Part shown: piece by piece, positions 16,868 to 29,072 of the stretch
Position numbering within the stretch: position 1 is the first letter of the stretch
Layout of the letters: every line of letters starts with the position of its first letter
Origin: Nannocystis bainbridge
GTDB taxonomy: Bacteria > Myxococcota_A > Polyangia > Nannocystales > Nannocystaceae
Assembly: GCF_028368995.1 (NCBI RefSeq)
Contig: NZ_JAQNDL010000002.1
Coordinates: 737,724 to 801,723, forward strand
Length of the DNA: 64,000 nt
Direction of reading: 5' to 3'
Made by a program: the position numbers and the translations under genes
Notes under the pieces: generated by a model
What the model saw: only the letters and a program-made list of their open reading frames with translations
Database searches by the model: none
Told to the model about the DNA's origin: nothing

Positions 16868-17764
16868 TCAGGCGCGCTGGAGCAGGTCGAACAGGGCGGG
16901 ACGGCGGCGGCGCGGCCAGGTCGAGCGCGGGTGGGCGAGCGCACGGCGGCCGCGAGAGACGCGTTGGTCCATGGCCTGGCGCGTCATGCCGTCGAGGGCC
17001 AGGGGGCGCTCGGCCTGCAGGTCGGCGAGCTCGCGCCGCTCCTCGCCGAGCAGCGCGGCGAGGGCGTTCTCCAGCAGGACGGCCTCGGGGAGGCGGAGCT
17101 CGCGGAGGGCGGCGCGGAGGCGGGCGCGCATGCGCAGCTCCTCGCGGGTGTCCTCGCCGGTGTCGCGCAGCTCCTCGGCGCGTGACTGGGCGTCGCGGGC
17201 CAGCGAGACCGACGCCGACGCGAGCAGGACGGTCAGCGGGCGGACCTCGGGGTCGGCGAGGTCGGGGTGATGCAGCAGCGTGGCGACCTCGGCGTAGGCG
17301 ATCGCGTCGATGTCGGACTCCTCGCCGCCGACGACCTCGAACTCCTCGCCGCGGAACGCGGTGACGAACAGGCGCAGGCGGATGGCCTCGAACACCAGCA
17401 GCTCGGCGAGCGCGGCCTGGAGGGCGCTGCGCCGGTCGTCGTCGCTGCCGCGGGCGAAATCGAAGAGCATGTGCTGCAGCGGCGGGTTGCCGGCGCCGTT
17501 GGCCGCCAGCCGCGCCCACGGCTCGAGCTCTTCGGGGATCTCTAGGAAGAGGGCGTCGCGCAGGCCCTGGTGGAAGCCATGGAGGGCCGGGAAACGCGGG
17601 TCGCGGACCGCCGACAATAAAGAAAGGCCCTGGCGGCGCGCGCGCAGGGCCTCGTCGGCGAGGACGTCGAGTTCGGTCTGGAGCTCCACCACGTCGAGAG
17701 GAGCGGCGATGCCGCCGCCGGCCGGAAGAGGAAGGAGGTGGGTGACGGCGGCGGCGACGTTCAT
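16868..17764 (-). CDS. hypothetical protein
   Basis: 298 aa from ATG 17764. Acidic, Leu/Ala-rich, with no obvious Arg bias or TM segment. No recognisable motif. Confidence 0.4.
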   Translation of the reverse strand: MNVAAAVTHLLPLPAGGGIAAPLDVVELQTELDVLADEALRARRQGLSLLSAVRDPRFPALHGFHQGLRDALFLEIPEELEPWARLAANGAGNPPLQHMLFDFARGSDDDRRSALQAALAELLVFEAIRLRLFVTAFRGEEFEVVGGEESDIDAIAYAEVATLLHHPDLADPEVRPLTVLLASASVSLARDAQSRAEELRDTGEDTREELRMRARLRAALRELRLPEAVLLENALAALLGEERRELADLQAERPLALDGMTRQAMDQRVSRGRRALAHPRSTWPRRRRPALFDLLQRA

Positions 17765-17806
17765 GGCGTGCTCAGGGGTTTAATCACCCGGCGAGGGCAC
17801 GCAAGC

Positions 17807-18688
17807 TCAGGGGTTCTCCGGGGTGTGAGAGGGATGCAGGAGGGTCACCCGCAGGAGCGTCTTCAGGCGCGCGTTGGCGACCCGCTTGCCGACCGCGGCC
17901 GGACCCGGCGGTCGCTCCCACCGCGGCGGCGGTCGGCCAGCGAGGGCGGCCAGGCGGGCGAAGATCTCGCGCCGCGGCGTGTGGTCGTCGTCGACGACGT
18001 TGACGACCCCGCGCTGCTCGGGCTCCAGGGCCAGGGCAGCGAGGACCGCCTGCACGGCGTCGTCCCGGTGGACGAGGTTGGTCGGCTGCATGCCGTCGCC
18101 GGGGAGGACGGCGTCCTCGCCAGCGCCGCGGTACAGGCGGAACAGCTCGCGGCCCGGACCATAGAGGCCGGCGAGGCGGAGGATCGTCCACGGCAGGTCG
18201 TGGCGGGTGCAGGTGTCGCGCACGAGCTCCTCGGCCTCGCGCTGGACCCGGCCGCGCGGCTCGTCGGGCCAGTCGGCGCAGTCGTCGTCGAGCCAGGCGT
18301 CGCGGTCGGGCAGGGCCGAGGTCGAGGAGACGTAGACGAGGCGCGTCGGTCGCAGCATCACCGCTGCCGCGAGCAGGCGGCGGGTGCCCTCGACGTAGAG
18401 CTCGCGGCGGTCCTGCTGCTTGCCGGGGGCGTAGCAGACGACCAGCGCGCGCGCGCCGGCGAGGGTCGCGGCGATGTCGGCGGGGGCGAGCGCGGCGACG
18501 TCGAGCGGGCGGACCTGGATGCCCTCGGGGACATGTCCGTTGGGCCATGTCCCGGAGCGCGAGGTCGCAAGGACAGGTGAGCCGCCGACGCCCGCCGGGT
18601 CCGCGAGCGCGGCGGCCACGGGGGCGCCGAGGAAACCGGCGCCGACGACGGCGATCGGGCGGGCGATCGGGGACGCGCCGGTGGGCAC
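17807..18688 (-). CDS. NAD(P)-binding epimerase/dehydratase-like protein (atypical SDR)
   Basis: IAVVGAGFLGAPVAAAL Rossmann motif 14 nt after the upstream gene stop. GTG start proposed. The C-terminal part matches the NmrA/epimerase fold. It carries an in-frame copy of the palindromic repeat at 18527-18555, encoding SGTWPNGHVPEG. Confidence 0.55.
   Translation of the reverse strand: MPTGASPIARPIAVVGAGFLGAPVAAALADPAGVGGSPVLATSRSGTWPNGHVPEGIQVRPLDVAALAPADIAATLAGARALVVCYAPGKQQDRRELYVEGTRRLLAAAVMLRPTRLVYVSSTSALPDRDAWLDDDCADWPDEPRGRVQREAEELVRDTCTRHDLPWTILRLAGLYGPGRELFRLYRGAGEDAVLPGDGMQPTNLVHRDDAVQAVLAALALEPEQRGVVNVVDDDHTPRREIFARLAALAGRPPPRWERPPGPAAVGKRVANARLKTLLRVTLLHPSHTPENP
18527..18555. repeat. 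GGGGACATGTCC-GTTGG-GCCATGTCCCGG palindromic repeat copy lying in-frame inside the coding sequence
   Basis: Same core as the intergenic repeat family. It translates in the epimerase frame as ...TSRSGTWPNGHVPEGIQV... in the loop after the Rossmann beta2 position. Confidence 0.6.
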
Positions 18689-18699
18689 GCGCGGCTCGC

Positions 18700-19452
18700 T
18701 CAGAACGATACGCCGCCGCCGAGCAGGAGGTTCAGGCGGGCGATGAAGAACGCCGGACACGCGCCGGGAGCGGCCCCACAGCCGTAGCCGTAGCGCGGGC
18801 CGAAGCTCATGTCGAACTGCGGGAACTGCAGCCACACGATCCAGCGGTCGTCGAGCATGAGCTTGACGCCGACGCCGAACTGCAGGTTCGCGGCGTGGTT
18901 GGTGTAGTGGTAGTAGGCGCCGTTGTAGTAGTTCCAGCGGTCCGACAGCAGATGGTAGCCGAGCGAGATGTTCGGCGAGATGTACAGGCCGAGGTCGCGC
19001 TTGACCTGGATGTCGTAGGTGAACTTGGGCGCGACGACGAAGCCGAAGCGGCGGTAGCCGAACTCCTCGTTGAGGAGGATGCCGAGCGCCGGGCCGGAGG
19101 CGTTGCCGCTGAAGTGGCCGCTGAACTCCTGCGTCAGCTTGAACGCGCCCCAGTAGCCGAAGCCGCCGTAGCGACAGGGGAAGCCGGGGGCGCCACAGCC
19201 GGGGCCGTAGTAGCCGGAGTCGTAGTAGTGCGACGAGCCGCCGATGCCCCACGAGGGGCCGATACCGAACAGGAACTGCATGGGCCGGGTGCCCGGTCGG
19301 AGCACGCGGGGCACGGCCGCTTCAGCGTCCGTGGGGGCGACCGTGCTGCCGAGGAGCGCGGCGCCGAGCGCCGCGGTGGCGAGGCCGAAACGACGTCGGC
19401 GACGACCAGAGGTGACAGGCAGGGGACGGTCCGAGGAGGTGGCCTGGGTCAT
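18700..19452 (-). CDS. secreted Gly/Tyr-rich protein (possible outer-membrane beta-barrel), Tat-like signal
   Basis: ATG 19452. MTQATSSDRPLPVTSGRRRRRFGLATAALGAALLG signal. Rich in Y/G/F with alternating aromatic residues and a C-terminal F. Confidence 0.5.
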   Translation of the reverse strand: MTQATSSDRPLPVTSGRRRRRFGLATAALGAALLGSTVAPTDAEAAVPRVLRPGTRPMQFLFGIGPSWGIGGSSHYYDSGYYGPGCGAPGFPCRYGGFGYWGAFKLTQEFSGHFSGNASGPALGILLNEEFGYRRFGFVVAPKFTYDIQVKRDLGLYISPNISLGYHLLSDRWNYYNGAYYHYTNHAANLQFGVGVKLMLDDRWIVWLQFPQFDMSFGPRYGYGCGAAPGACPAFFIARLNLLLGGGVSF

Positions 19453-19623
19453 GGGGACTCCTGCGAGCGAGGGATGAGGCACGCTCCGTAGACCGGGGCG
19501 CGCGCGGTGATTCTAACGTGTCTTGCGGCGGGCGCGGAAGTTCGGGGTTCCTCGGAGAAGCTCCGGGGGGGCATGGCACCCAGGACGCTGCCGCCGACGC
19601 GAGTGTGATCTACGCTGCGGTCG

Positions 19624-20346
19624 GTGCCAGGTGATCGAGGCGACGAAGCTGCGCTGACCATTCGTGCGCAGACGCGCACGGCTCGACACCAGCGGCTCGC
19701 CGCAGCGATCGAGACGCGTCGGCTCGAGCGGCGCCGACGCGCCAAGATCCTGGCGATCTGGGCGCTAATCTCGACGATCGCGGTCTTCGTCACCGCGCTC
19801 ATCCGTGGCGTGTTTGACCCGCTCGAGCTGGTGTTTTTCGCCACCACGCTGGGGACGATCGCGTTCGCGTCGTTCTCGGGGGTGCTCGCTCGCCCGCTGC
19901 CGTTGATGGAGCGGCAAGCGCTGGCGGGCGCCGACGCGGCGCTGGCCCTCGACCACCTGCCGCCCCGCGTGGCCGAGCTGGCCCGAGAGACACGTGCGCT
20001 ACGGCTCGCGGTCGAGGCCGCCGATCCGGCCGACGAGGCGATCGACGCGTGGGTGTGGAGCTGGATCCGCAGCGTGCGCGAGCTCGGGCCGGAGGAGCGC
20101 GAGCTGGTCGCGCATGTCGGGATCTCCACCGGCGACATCGAGGCGGTGCTGCTCGGCGAGGCGCTCGACGCCGGCCCGGTGGACCTGTCCCCGGCGACAG
20201 GGGAGCGGACGACGGCTCGCGGGCCGCGGCTGGCGCCGGTCGAGCTGGCGGCGTTGATCCGCCGGGTCGAGCTGCTGGCCGAGCACTTCGAGGCGTTCGA
20301 GGTGGCGCTGCTGCGCTACCGACCCGGGACCTACCGCGGGTCGTGA
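19624..20346 (+). CDS. hypothetical membrane protein
   Basis: Two TM segments near the N-terminus (ILAIWALISTIAVFVTALI, LVFFATTLGTIAFASFSGVL). The start is uncertain. The stop lies in front of a palindromic repeat cluster. Confidence 0.4.
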   Translation: MPGDRGDEAALTIRAQTRTARHQRLAAAIETRRLERRRRAKILAIWALISTIAVFVTALIRGVFDPLELVFFATTLGTIAFASFSGVLARPLPLMERQALAGADAALALDHLPPRVAELARETRALRLAVEAADPADEAIDAWVWSWIRSVRELGPEERELVAHVGISTGDIEAVLLGEALDAGPVDLSPATGERTTARGPRLAPVELAALIRRVELLAEHFEAFEVALLRYRPGTYRGS

Positions 20347-20427
20347 AGGACATGTCCGAAGGGGCATGCCTGAAGGGACATGCCCGTCACGACATGCCCG
20401 TCACGACATGTCCTTCAGGACTCGCGG
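20345..20427. repeat. cluster of five GGACATGTCC / GGGCATGCC palindromic units forming a large nested hairpin between convergent genes
   Basis: GAAGGACATGTCC GAAGGGGCATGCC TGAAGGGACATGCCC GTCACGACATGCCC GTCACGACATGTCCTTCAGGAC. The outer arms TGAAGGACATGTC / GACATGTCCTTCA are perfect complements. Confidence 0.75.
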
Positions 20428-21326
20428 AAGCTGACCATGACGGCGTGGGCGTCGTGCTTGTGCTCGAAGTTGGTGGCCCGGCGGAAGGCGGTGGCGTCGA
20501 CGACGATCGGGTGCTTGATGTGGGCGACGGCGCCGGGCGGCAGGTAGGGCAGGCCGAAGCGGCCGGCGCTGTACTTGAAGAGCGGCTCGGGGATCGGGAT
20601 CGGCTGACGGCCGGTGCCGCGGGCCAGCGTCGAGAGCGGGACGGGCGGCGGGCCGGCGACGTTGTAGATGCCGTTCAGCTGATGATCGACGGCGCGGACG
20701 ATCGCCTCGACGCCGTCCTCGTCGTGCATGAAGTGGTAGAGCGGGTCGAAGCCGAGGATCGTCGGCACGCGCGGCCCGGCGAGGAAGCTGGCGAGGGTGC
20801 CGCGGTGGGTCGGGCCGAGCATGTAGACCATGCGCAGGACGGCGGTCTTGAGCCCGGGCCAGCGCCACAGCGCGGCGGCGGCGAACAGGTCGGCGGCGAC
20901 GAGGTCGGCCAGCTCGGGGAAGGTGGAGACGGCCAGCGGCGGCTCCTCCTCGGTGCGGTACAGCGGGGCGTCGGGGGCGGCGCCGTAGATCGTGTGGCGA
21001 CCGACGAACACGGCCTGCTTGACGCCGAACTCGTGGCAGTACTCGAACACGAGCCGCGTGCCGTGGAGGTTGATGCGCAGCCGCTCCTCGGCGCTGGCGG
21101 TGAAGTGGGTGATGGTCGCCATGTGGATGACGACGTCGGGCCGGTGCTGGCGGAACACGTCGGCGGCCGGCCGCTTGCGCACGTCGGTCTGGAACACGTG
21201 CACGCCCTCGGGCGCGTCGGGCCAGGGGCGCCGGTCGATGCCGAGGATCTCGTCGCCGCGGGCCCGCAGGCGCAGGGCGACCATGCGCGCGTGGGCGCCG
21301 TTGATGCCGGTGATCAGGATCTTCAT
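20415..21326 (-). CDS. NAD-dependent epimerase/dehydratase family protein
   Basis: [20 protein letters not shown] Rossmann motif. 303 aa. Its ATG overlaps the stop of the upstream acyltransferase (ATGA). Confidence 0.75.
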   Translation of the reverse strand: MKILITGINGAHARMVALRLRARGDEILGIDRRPWPDAPEGVHVFQTDVRKRPAADVFRQHRPDVVIHMATITHFTASAEERLRINLHGTRLVFEYCHEFGVKQAVFVGRHTIYGAAPDAPLYRTEEEPPLAVSTFPELADLVAADLFAAAALWRWPGLKTAVLRMVYMLGPTHRGTLASFLAGPRVPTILGFDPLYHFMHDEDGVEAIVRAVDHQLNGIYNVAGPPPVPLSTLARGTGRQPIPIPEPLFKYSAGRFGLPYLPPGAVAHIKHPIVVDATAFRRATNFEHKHDAHAVMVSFRES

Positions 21327-22234
21327 GGTTCGGAGTCGGTCGGCTCGGAGGTCGAGGGGGCGTCGGCGAGGTCGTCGGACGGGCTGTCCTTTGGTTCCTG
21401 TGCGAAGGTCCCGTCGGCGCGCTGGCGGTGGAGCGCGCAGCCGCGGAGGACCAGCAGCTCGACGACGCTCTTGACCTGCTCGACGTAGCCCTCGATGACC
21501 TCGTCAGGCTCGCGGCCGGTGCCGGGGAAGTGCATCGGCTTGCCGTAGTGAATCTCGCAGCCGAGCGGCAGCGGGAACGGCACGAGGTAGGGCGGGACCG
21601 GCCAGTAAGGGGCGCCGACGAGCTTGGCCAGAGTCTTGGCGTGGTAGACGGTGGGCAGCGCTTCTTCGCCGCCGATGAAGGCGAAGGGGACGATCGGCGC
21701 GCCGGTCTGCAGGGCGATCCGCATGAAGCCGGTGCCGAACTGGACCAGGCGGTAGCGGTCCTTGAACAGCTTGCCGGTGCCGCGCGCGCCCTCGGGGAAG
21801 ACCATCAGCAAGCGGCCGTCCTGCAGCAGGCGCAGGGCGTGCTCGGGCAGGCCGGGCAGCTGGCCGACGCGCGAGAACCACTCCGAGACGAACGGCCAGT
21901 TGCCGGCGAACTTCTCGACCATGCCGGTGGCGTGGCGCGGGAGCTCGCGGGCGAAGAACAGCGAGGCGAGCACCATGCCGCCGTCGACCGGGAGGCCGCC
22001 GGAATGGTTGCCGACCAGCATGGCACCGCCGCGCTCGGGCACGTTGTCGATGCCGAAGCACTTGACGCGGAAGTACGTCTTGTAGAACACCTCGAGCATC
22101 GAATAGAAGACGCCGAGGTGCTTCTTCGAGATCCCGAAGGGGTCCATGCCGTATTGATTGAACGGGAGCTCGAGACGTTCGAGGCGGTCCCGGACGTCGC
22201 GGCTGGTGATAGTCTCGAGGCGGAACGGTCCCAT
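21323..22234 (-). CDS. 1-acyl-sn-glycerol-3-phosphate acyltransferase family (PlsC-like lysophospholipid acyltransferase)
   Basis: [12 protein letters not shown] (H-x4-D acyltransferase motif) and VFPEGARG (FPEG motif). ATG 22234 (MGPFRLE...). The ORF-track N-terminal extension is not needed. Confidence 0.8.
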   Translation of the reverse strand: MGPFRLETITSRDVRDRLERLELPFNQYGMDPFGISKKHLGVFYSMLEVFYKTYFRVKCFGIDNVPERGGAMLVGNHSGGLPVDGGMVLASLFFARELPRHATGMVEKFAGNWPFVSEWFSRVGQLPGLPEHALRLLQDGRLLMVFPEGARGTGKLFKDRYRLVQFGTGFMRIALQTGAPIVPFAFIGGEEALPTVYHAKTLAKLVGAPYWPVPPYLVPFPLPLGCEIHYGKPMHFPGTGREPDEVIEGYVEQVKSVVELLVLRGCALHRQRADGTFAQEPKDSPSDDLADAPSTSEPTDSEP

Positions 22235-22348
22235 CCGGCGCGAAGAAGTCTCAGGCGGGCCGGGTCCTGAAGCAAGTCGCACGCGAGAAGCCGCGGCGAG
22301 CGAGGTTCTGCGCGGTCCAGGACGCTGCGGGCCGGACCGCGCGCCGGG

Positions 22349-23446
22349 CTAAGGCGAGCACTTCAGCGTGCTGCCGAGGATGGTCGAGGTCGCGTTGCCG
22401 CCGTGCGAGCTCTTGATCTTGGTCACCTGGTAGTAGACCGACTTGGCGATGCCGAAGTCGGCGAGCGGGCCGAGGGCGATCCGCGGGTCCGCGCCGTCGA
22501 GCTCGATGGCGACGGCGGGGTTCGAGCACGGGAAGCCGCCGGCGTCGGTCGAGGCCCCCAGCGTAAACGCGGTGGCCTTGGCGGTCGGGTTGCCGGTGCG
22601 CAGCTTGCAGAACGCGTCGGCGTCGGCCTGGTCGCAGCCGGACGGGCCGCCCCACGAGCAGGTGCCGGCGCAGTACAGCTGCGTGACCTGCGAGAAGTCG
22701 AAGATGCAGTCCTCGGTGCAGCCGACGCCCATGAACGGGGCGGCGCCGTCGCAGAACTCGAAGCCCTTGGGGTTGTTGATGTCGACCTTGTCGACGGTCC
22801 CGTCGCCGCAGTGCGGGCCGAGCTTGCTGCAGCCGGGGGCGCAGCCGTTGTAGTCGTTGTCGTTGAAGCCGTCGTCGCAGACCTCGACGCCCTCCCAGAG
22901 GATGCCGTCGCCGCACACCGCGGCGACACAACCCTCGAGGCACGCGTCTTCGTCCTCGTCGTTGGCGTCGTCGCACTCCTCGCCAGGCTGGGTCCAGCCG
23001 TCGCCGCACACGGGCAGCAGACACTCGGCAGTACAGCTGTCGGTGTTCTCGCGGTTGCCGTCGTCGCAGTCCTCGCCCTCGTGCTGGATGCCGTCGCCGC
23101 ACTCGGGCAGGCGGCACAGCGAGGTGCAGCTGTCGAAGTCATTGGTGTTGCCGTCGTCGCAGGCCTCGCTGCCCTCGAGCACACCGTTGCCGCACTCGTG
23201 GGCCGGATCGGTCGTGGAGGAGGTGGGCTCGCTGGTCGGGCCCTGCGAGGTGTTGCTGGTGCCCTCGCTCGGATCGCTGGACGCAGTGCCGTCGGTCTCG
23301 GTGGTCGGATGCCCGGTGACGGTCTGGATCCCGGTGCCTTCGTCTTCGGTGGTCGAACCGGTGGTCGACGTCGGCTCCGCGGTGGGGTTGTTGTTCTGCG
23401 TCGGCGTGCAGGCCGCGAGCGCCAGCATCCATCCTAATCTGCGCAT
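22349..23446 (-). CDS. lipoprotein with Myxococcus cysteine-rich repeats
   Basis: Signal and lipobox [13 protein letters not shown]. Thr/Ser-rich linker. Repeated C-G-[ND]-G-x5-E-x-CDDGN modules ([80 protein letters not shown]) match the myxobacterial cysteine-rich repeat family. Confidence 0.75.
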   Translation of the reverse strand: MRRLGWMLALAACTPTQNNNPTAEPTSTTGSTTEDEGTGIQTVTGHPTTETDGTASSDPSEGTSNTSQGPTSEPTSSTTDPAHECGNGVLEGSEACDDGNTNDFDSCTSLCRLPECGDGIQHEGEDCDDGNRENTDSCTAECLLPVCGDGWTQPGEECDDANDEDEDACLEGCVAAVCGDGILWEGVEVCDDGFNDNDYNGCAPGCSKLGPHCGDGTVDKVDINNPKGFEFCDGAAPFMGVGCTEDCIFDFSQVTQLYCAGTCSWGGPSGCDQADADAFCKLRTGNPTAKATAFTLGASTDAGGFPCSNPAVAIELDGADPRIALGPLADFGIAKSVYYQVTKIKSSHGGNATSTILGSTLKCSP

Positions 23447-23609
23447 AACCGAACGTTAGGCCGGGCAGTGCGCGATTGCAAGCGTGATTGCCGCGCCTGC
23501 TTGAAGCATCGACGCGAAACGACGATCGGAGCGCAACTCCGCGCCGACCCAAAACGAAGGGCCCGGATGTCACGAGGACATCGCGGGCCCTTGCGCGCGT
23601 GATCGCAGC

Positions 23610-25698
<2,089 letters not shown>

Positions 25699-25699
<1 letters not shown>

Positions 25700-26664
25700 C
25701 AGGTCGCCTGGCCTTTCCCGTAGGGCAGGAGGGCCACCAGCTCGCGCACGGCGTTGGCCGAGACCTCGAGCATGCCCTTCTCCTTGTCGCCGAGCTTCAT
25801 CTCGATGATCTTCTCGACGCCGCCCTTGCCGAGGACGCAGGGGACGCCGATGAACAGGTCCTTGTAGCCGTACTCGCCGCCGAGCAGGGCGGCGCACGGG
25901 AGCACGCGCTTGCGGTCGCGGACGATCGACTCGACCATCGCCACCGTGGCGGCCGCGGGCGCGTAGTAGCCGGAGTAACCGAGCAGTCCGACGATCTCGC
26001 CGCCGCCGCCGCGGGTGCGCTGGATGATGGCGTCGATCTTGTCCTGCGGCAGCAGCTCGGTCAGCGGGATGCCGGCGACCGAGGTGTGGCTCGGCAGCGG
26101 GACCATGGTGTCGCCGTGGCCGCCGAGGACCATGCCGTGGATGTCGTCGACGCTGACGTTCAGCGCCTCGGAGAGGAAGTACTTGTAACGCGCCGTGTCG
26201 AGCACGCCGGCCATGCCGATCACGCGCTCCTTGGGGAAGCCCGACTCGGCGTGCATGACGTGGCACATGGCGTCGAGCGGGTTCGAGACGCAGATCAGCA
26301 CCGCGTTCGGCGAGCGGCTGGCGATCTCGCGGGTCACGCCGCCGACGATCTTGCGGTTGATCTCGACGAGCTCGTCGCGGCTGGTGAACTTGCCGGTGAC
26401 CGGGTCCTTCTTGCGCGGGACGCCGGCGGTGATGACGACGACGTCGCTGTCCGCGGTCTCGTCGTAACCATTGGTGCCGACGATCTTGAGGTCGAAGCCC
26501 ATGACCGGCGAGGCCTCGGCGAGGTCGAGCGCCTTGCCCTGCGGCACGCCCTGGGCGATGTCGACGAGGACGATGTCGCCGAGGTGCTTCTGGGCGGCCC
26601 AGTGCGCGGCCGTCGCCCCGACGTTGCCGGCTCCCACGATCGTGATCTTGTTGCGACGTGACAT
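25699..26664 (-). CDS. mdh: malate dehydrogenase (LDH-like family)
   Basis: [21 protein letters not shown] Rossmann motif, plus GVPRKKDP..R substrate arginine and [10 protein letters not shown]. Its stop overlaps the sucC start (TGATG). Confidence 0.9.
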
Positions 26665-26842
26665 GTGCGAGATCTTTCCCCCTAGGAGGTCCGCGCTGCA
26701 TATACCAGCCGCACAGGCATCGGAGCAACGGCGGCGGAGCTCCCGATGAACGCTGATCTCGCGCCCCGCCGTGATTCACCGCGACCCGCGCGAGATCGCG
26801 CCACGGTCGGACGACCGACCGAACACGAATCGGACCCGAAGA

Positions 26843-28654
26843 CTACCGACGCGTGGGGGCCGCCGGCGTGATCGAGAGCTCGACCCTGGCGCCCTCGCGC
26901 ACGACGACGATCGGCACAGCGACGGCCGGCTGCAGCTCGGCGAAGCTGGCCATGTAGTCGTCGATGTTGTGGATCTCGCGCTTGCCGATCTGGACGATGA
27001 CGTCGCCTGCCTTGAGCCCGGCGGCCTCGGCGGGGCTCTGCGGGCGGACGCCGGACAGCTTCATGCCGTCGGCGTTGGCGGCGTAGTCGGGGACGGTGCC
27101 GAGCGAGACGCGGAAGCCGCCGGCGCGCGGGGCCGCGGCGGCGATCTTCTTGAAGTCGAGGACGGGCTGCTCGCGCAACATCAAGGCGACGAGGCGGACG
27201 CTGAGGTCGGCGATCGCGGTGGCACCCTCGAGGTTGATCTTCTCGAAGTCGTCGGTCGGCCGGTGGTAGTCGTCGTGGGCGCCGCTGAAGAAGTGGAGGA
27301 CGGGGATGTCGGCGGCGTAGTAGCTGGCCTGGTCGGAGGCGCCGAAGCCGTCCTCGCTGGGCTTGAGGACGAGGGTGCGCGCGGCGTCCCGCGGGTCGAC
27401 CTTGGCCCGCTCGAGCAGGCCGGGCCAAACGCTGCTGGTGCCGGTGCCGACGACGACGACGGTGTTGTCGCGCACGCGTCCGACCATGTCGAAGTTGAGC
27501 ATGGCGACGATGTCCTGGCGCGCCTCGGGCGAGAGCGACTCGACGACGCGCTTGCTGCCGAGCAGGCCCATCTCCTCGGCGGCGAAGGCGACGAACTGGA
27601 TGTCGAAGGGGCGGGCCTCGGGCGGGAGCTGGGCGAGCGCCGCGGCGACGCCGAGGAGGGCGGCGACGCCGGAGGCGTTGTCGTCGGCGCCGTTGTGGAT
27701 GGAGTCGACGCCGGGGGCGAGCGAGGAGTTGGTGCCGTGGCCGAGGTGGTCCATGTGCGCGCCGAGGACGATCCGCTTGCGACCTGTCCCTTGGAGCAGG
27801 CCGGCGACGTTGGCGGTGGTGGCGGTGACGCGCTGGACGGGGCTGTGCAGCGAACCCCGGCCGACGGCGCCGACCTTGAGGCCGCCGTGCGGGTTCTCGG
27901 CGGTGACGGGGCCCTTCTTGCCGAAGGCCTTGAGGAGGTCGGGGGTGCCGGCGGCCGAGACGGCGAGCGCGGGCAGCTGGAGGTCGTTGGCCTCGCCATG
28001 GTTGGGGTAGGGCGCGGTGGCGTCGGGTTCCCACAGGACGAAGCCGACGGCGCCGCGATCGCGGGCGGCGATGACCTTCGATTGCACGCGGGTCTTGGCC
28101 GGATCGAGGTGCGGGTCGTCCGGGGCGCCGCTGCGCGCGACGACGATGGCGCCCTTCACCTTGTCGAGGATCTTGGCGTAGTCGCCGCTGTCGGGGGTGT
28201 CGCCGGGGATGCCGTGACCGACGTAGACGATCTTGGCGCTGACGGGCGCGGCGGAGTCGGCGGAGAACGGGACGAGGGTGTGGAGGATGGGCTTGCCGCC
28301 GAGCTGGAGGGCGCTCTGCTCGCCGGCGCGGAGGGTGACGCCGTCGGTGAACTCGAAGCTCTGGCGGAAGCTGTCCCCAAAGCCAGGTTGAAGGCCGAGC
28401 TGACGGAGGGCCTGCTCGATGTGCGCCTCGACCCGCTGGTCGGCGGCGGTGCCGGGCGGGCGGCCCTCCTGGGCGTCGTCGGCGAGGAAGGCGAGGTGGC
28501 CGCGCAGGCGCTCGAGGTCGACGGGCGGGGGCTCGCGCAGGGCGCTGCGGGCGGCGGTGCCCTCGGGGGTGTTCGCGGGCTCGGGTGCGGTGGTCGGCTC
28601 GGACCGGCAGGCGAGCGCGAAGGCGAGGAGGAGCCACGAGGCGCGGAGCGACAT
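26843..28654 (-). CDS. M28-family zinc aminopeptidase lipoprotein with PA domain and C-terminal PDZ domain
   Basis: ATG 28654 with signal and lipobox MSLRASWLLLAFALAC. M28 motifs: HMDHLGHG, NGADDNASGVAALLG, EEMGLLGS. PDZ-like C-terminus: LKAGDVIVQIGKREI. Confidence 0.75.
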   Translation of the reverse strand: MSLRASWLLLAFALACRSEPTTAPEPANTPEGTAARSALREPPPVDLERLRGHLAFLADDAQEGRPPGTAADQRVEAHIEQALRQLGLQPGFGDSFRQSFEFTDGVTLRAGEQSALQLGGKPILHTLVPFSADSAAPVSAKIVYVGHGIPGDTPDSGDYAKILDKVKGAIVVARSGAPDDPHLDPAKTRVQSKVIAARDRGAVGFVLWEPDATAPYPNHGEANDLQLPALAVSAAGTPDLLKAFGKKGPVTAENPHGGLKVGAVGRGSLHSPVQRVTATTANVAGLLQGTGRKRIVLGAHMDHLGHGTNSSLAPGVDSIHNGADDNASGVAALLGVAAALAQLPPEARPFDIQFVAFAAEEMGLLGSKRVVESLSPEARQDIVAMLNFDMVGRVRDNTVVVVGTGTSSVWPGLLERAKVDPRDAARTLVLKPSEDGFGASDQASYYAADIPVLHFFSGAHDDYHRPTDDFEKINLEGATAIADLSVRLVALMLREQPVLDFKKIAAAAPRAGGFRVSLGTVPDYAANADGMKLSGVRPQSPAEAAGLKAGDVIVQIGKREIHNIDDYMASFAELQPAVAVPIVVVREGARVELSITPAAPTRR

Positions 28655-28967
28655 GGCGAGAGGATGCGCGAGCGCGGGCGAGCGACGCAAGAGGTGGCCG
28701 ACCGGGCGCGCGGGCCGGCGATCCCCGCCTGTCCCCGAAGACATGACTCGTGGGACTTTTAAAAGGGGAGATGCGCGGCAGGTTCGAGCGGGTCGTGACG
28801 GGACTTACGAGCGGGGGGCGGGGCGCTCGCTCTGCATCGGGAGGCGGGAATTGCTCGTAGGTGGGTCGTTTGCGGGGAAGTTCGAAGGGCCGCAGGGGTC
28901 GGTGGACGGCAGTCGAGCGCGCGAAGTGGCGGGACCGGTCCCCGCATGACGGGCGCGGCCGTGTATC

Positions 28968-29050
28968 GGGAGTGGCGAATGGGACATGTCGCATCGGGCA
29001 TGTCGAATGGGCCATGTCTTTGAGAACATGCTCATGGAGGCATGTCCTTT
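28968..29050. repeat. cluster of palindromic repeat units (GGGACATGTCG / GGGCATGTCG / GGCCATGTC / GGCATGTCC) between co-directional genes
   Basis: Several CATG-centred half-sites with GGG/CCC flanks within 80 nt, between the peptidase M28 start and the M3 peptidase stop. Confidence 0.65.
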
Positions 29051-29072
29051 GGGGCATCCGTGACGGAGCCGG

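Noticed and set aside
20347-20420. Small ORFs starting MSEGACP..., MTFRTCS..., MSPGTCPIGH..., MRTCRM..., which recur across the window
   Set aside because: They are translations of the GGACATGTCC/GGGCATGCC palindromic repeats (ATG within CATG) and recur wherever the repeat occurs. They are artefacts.
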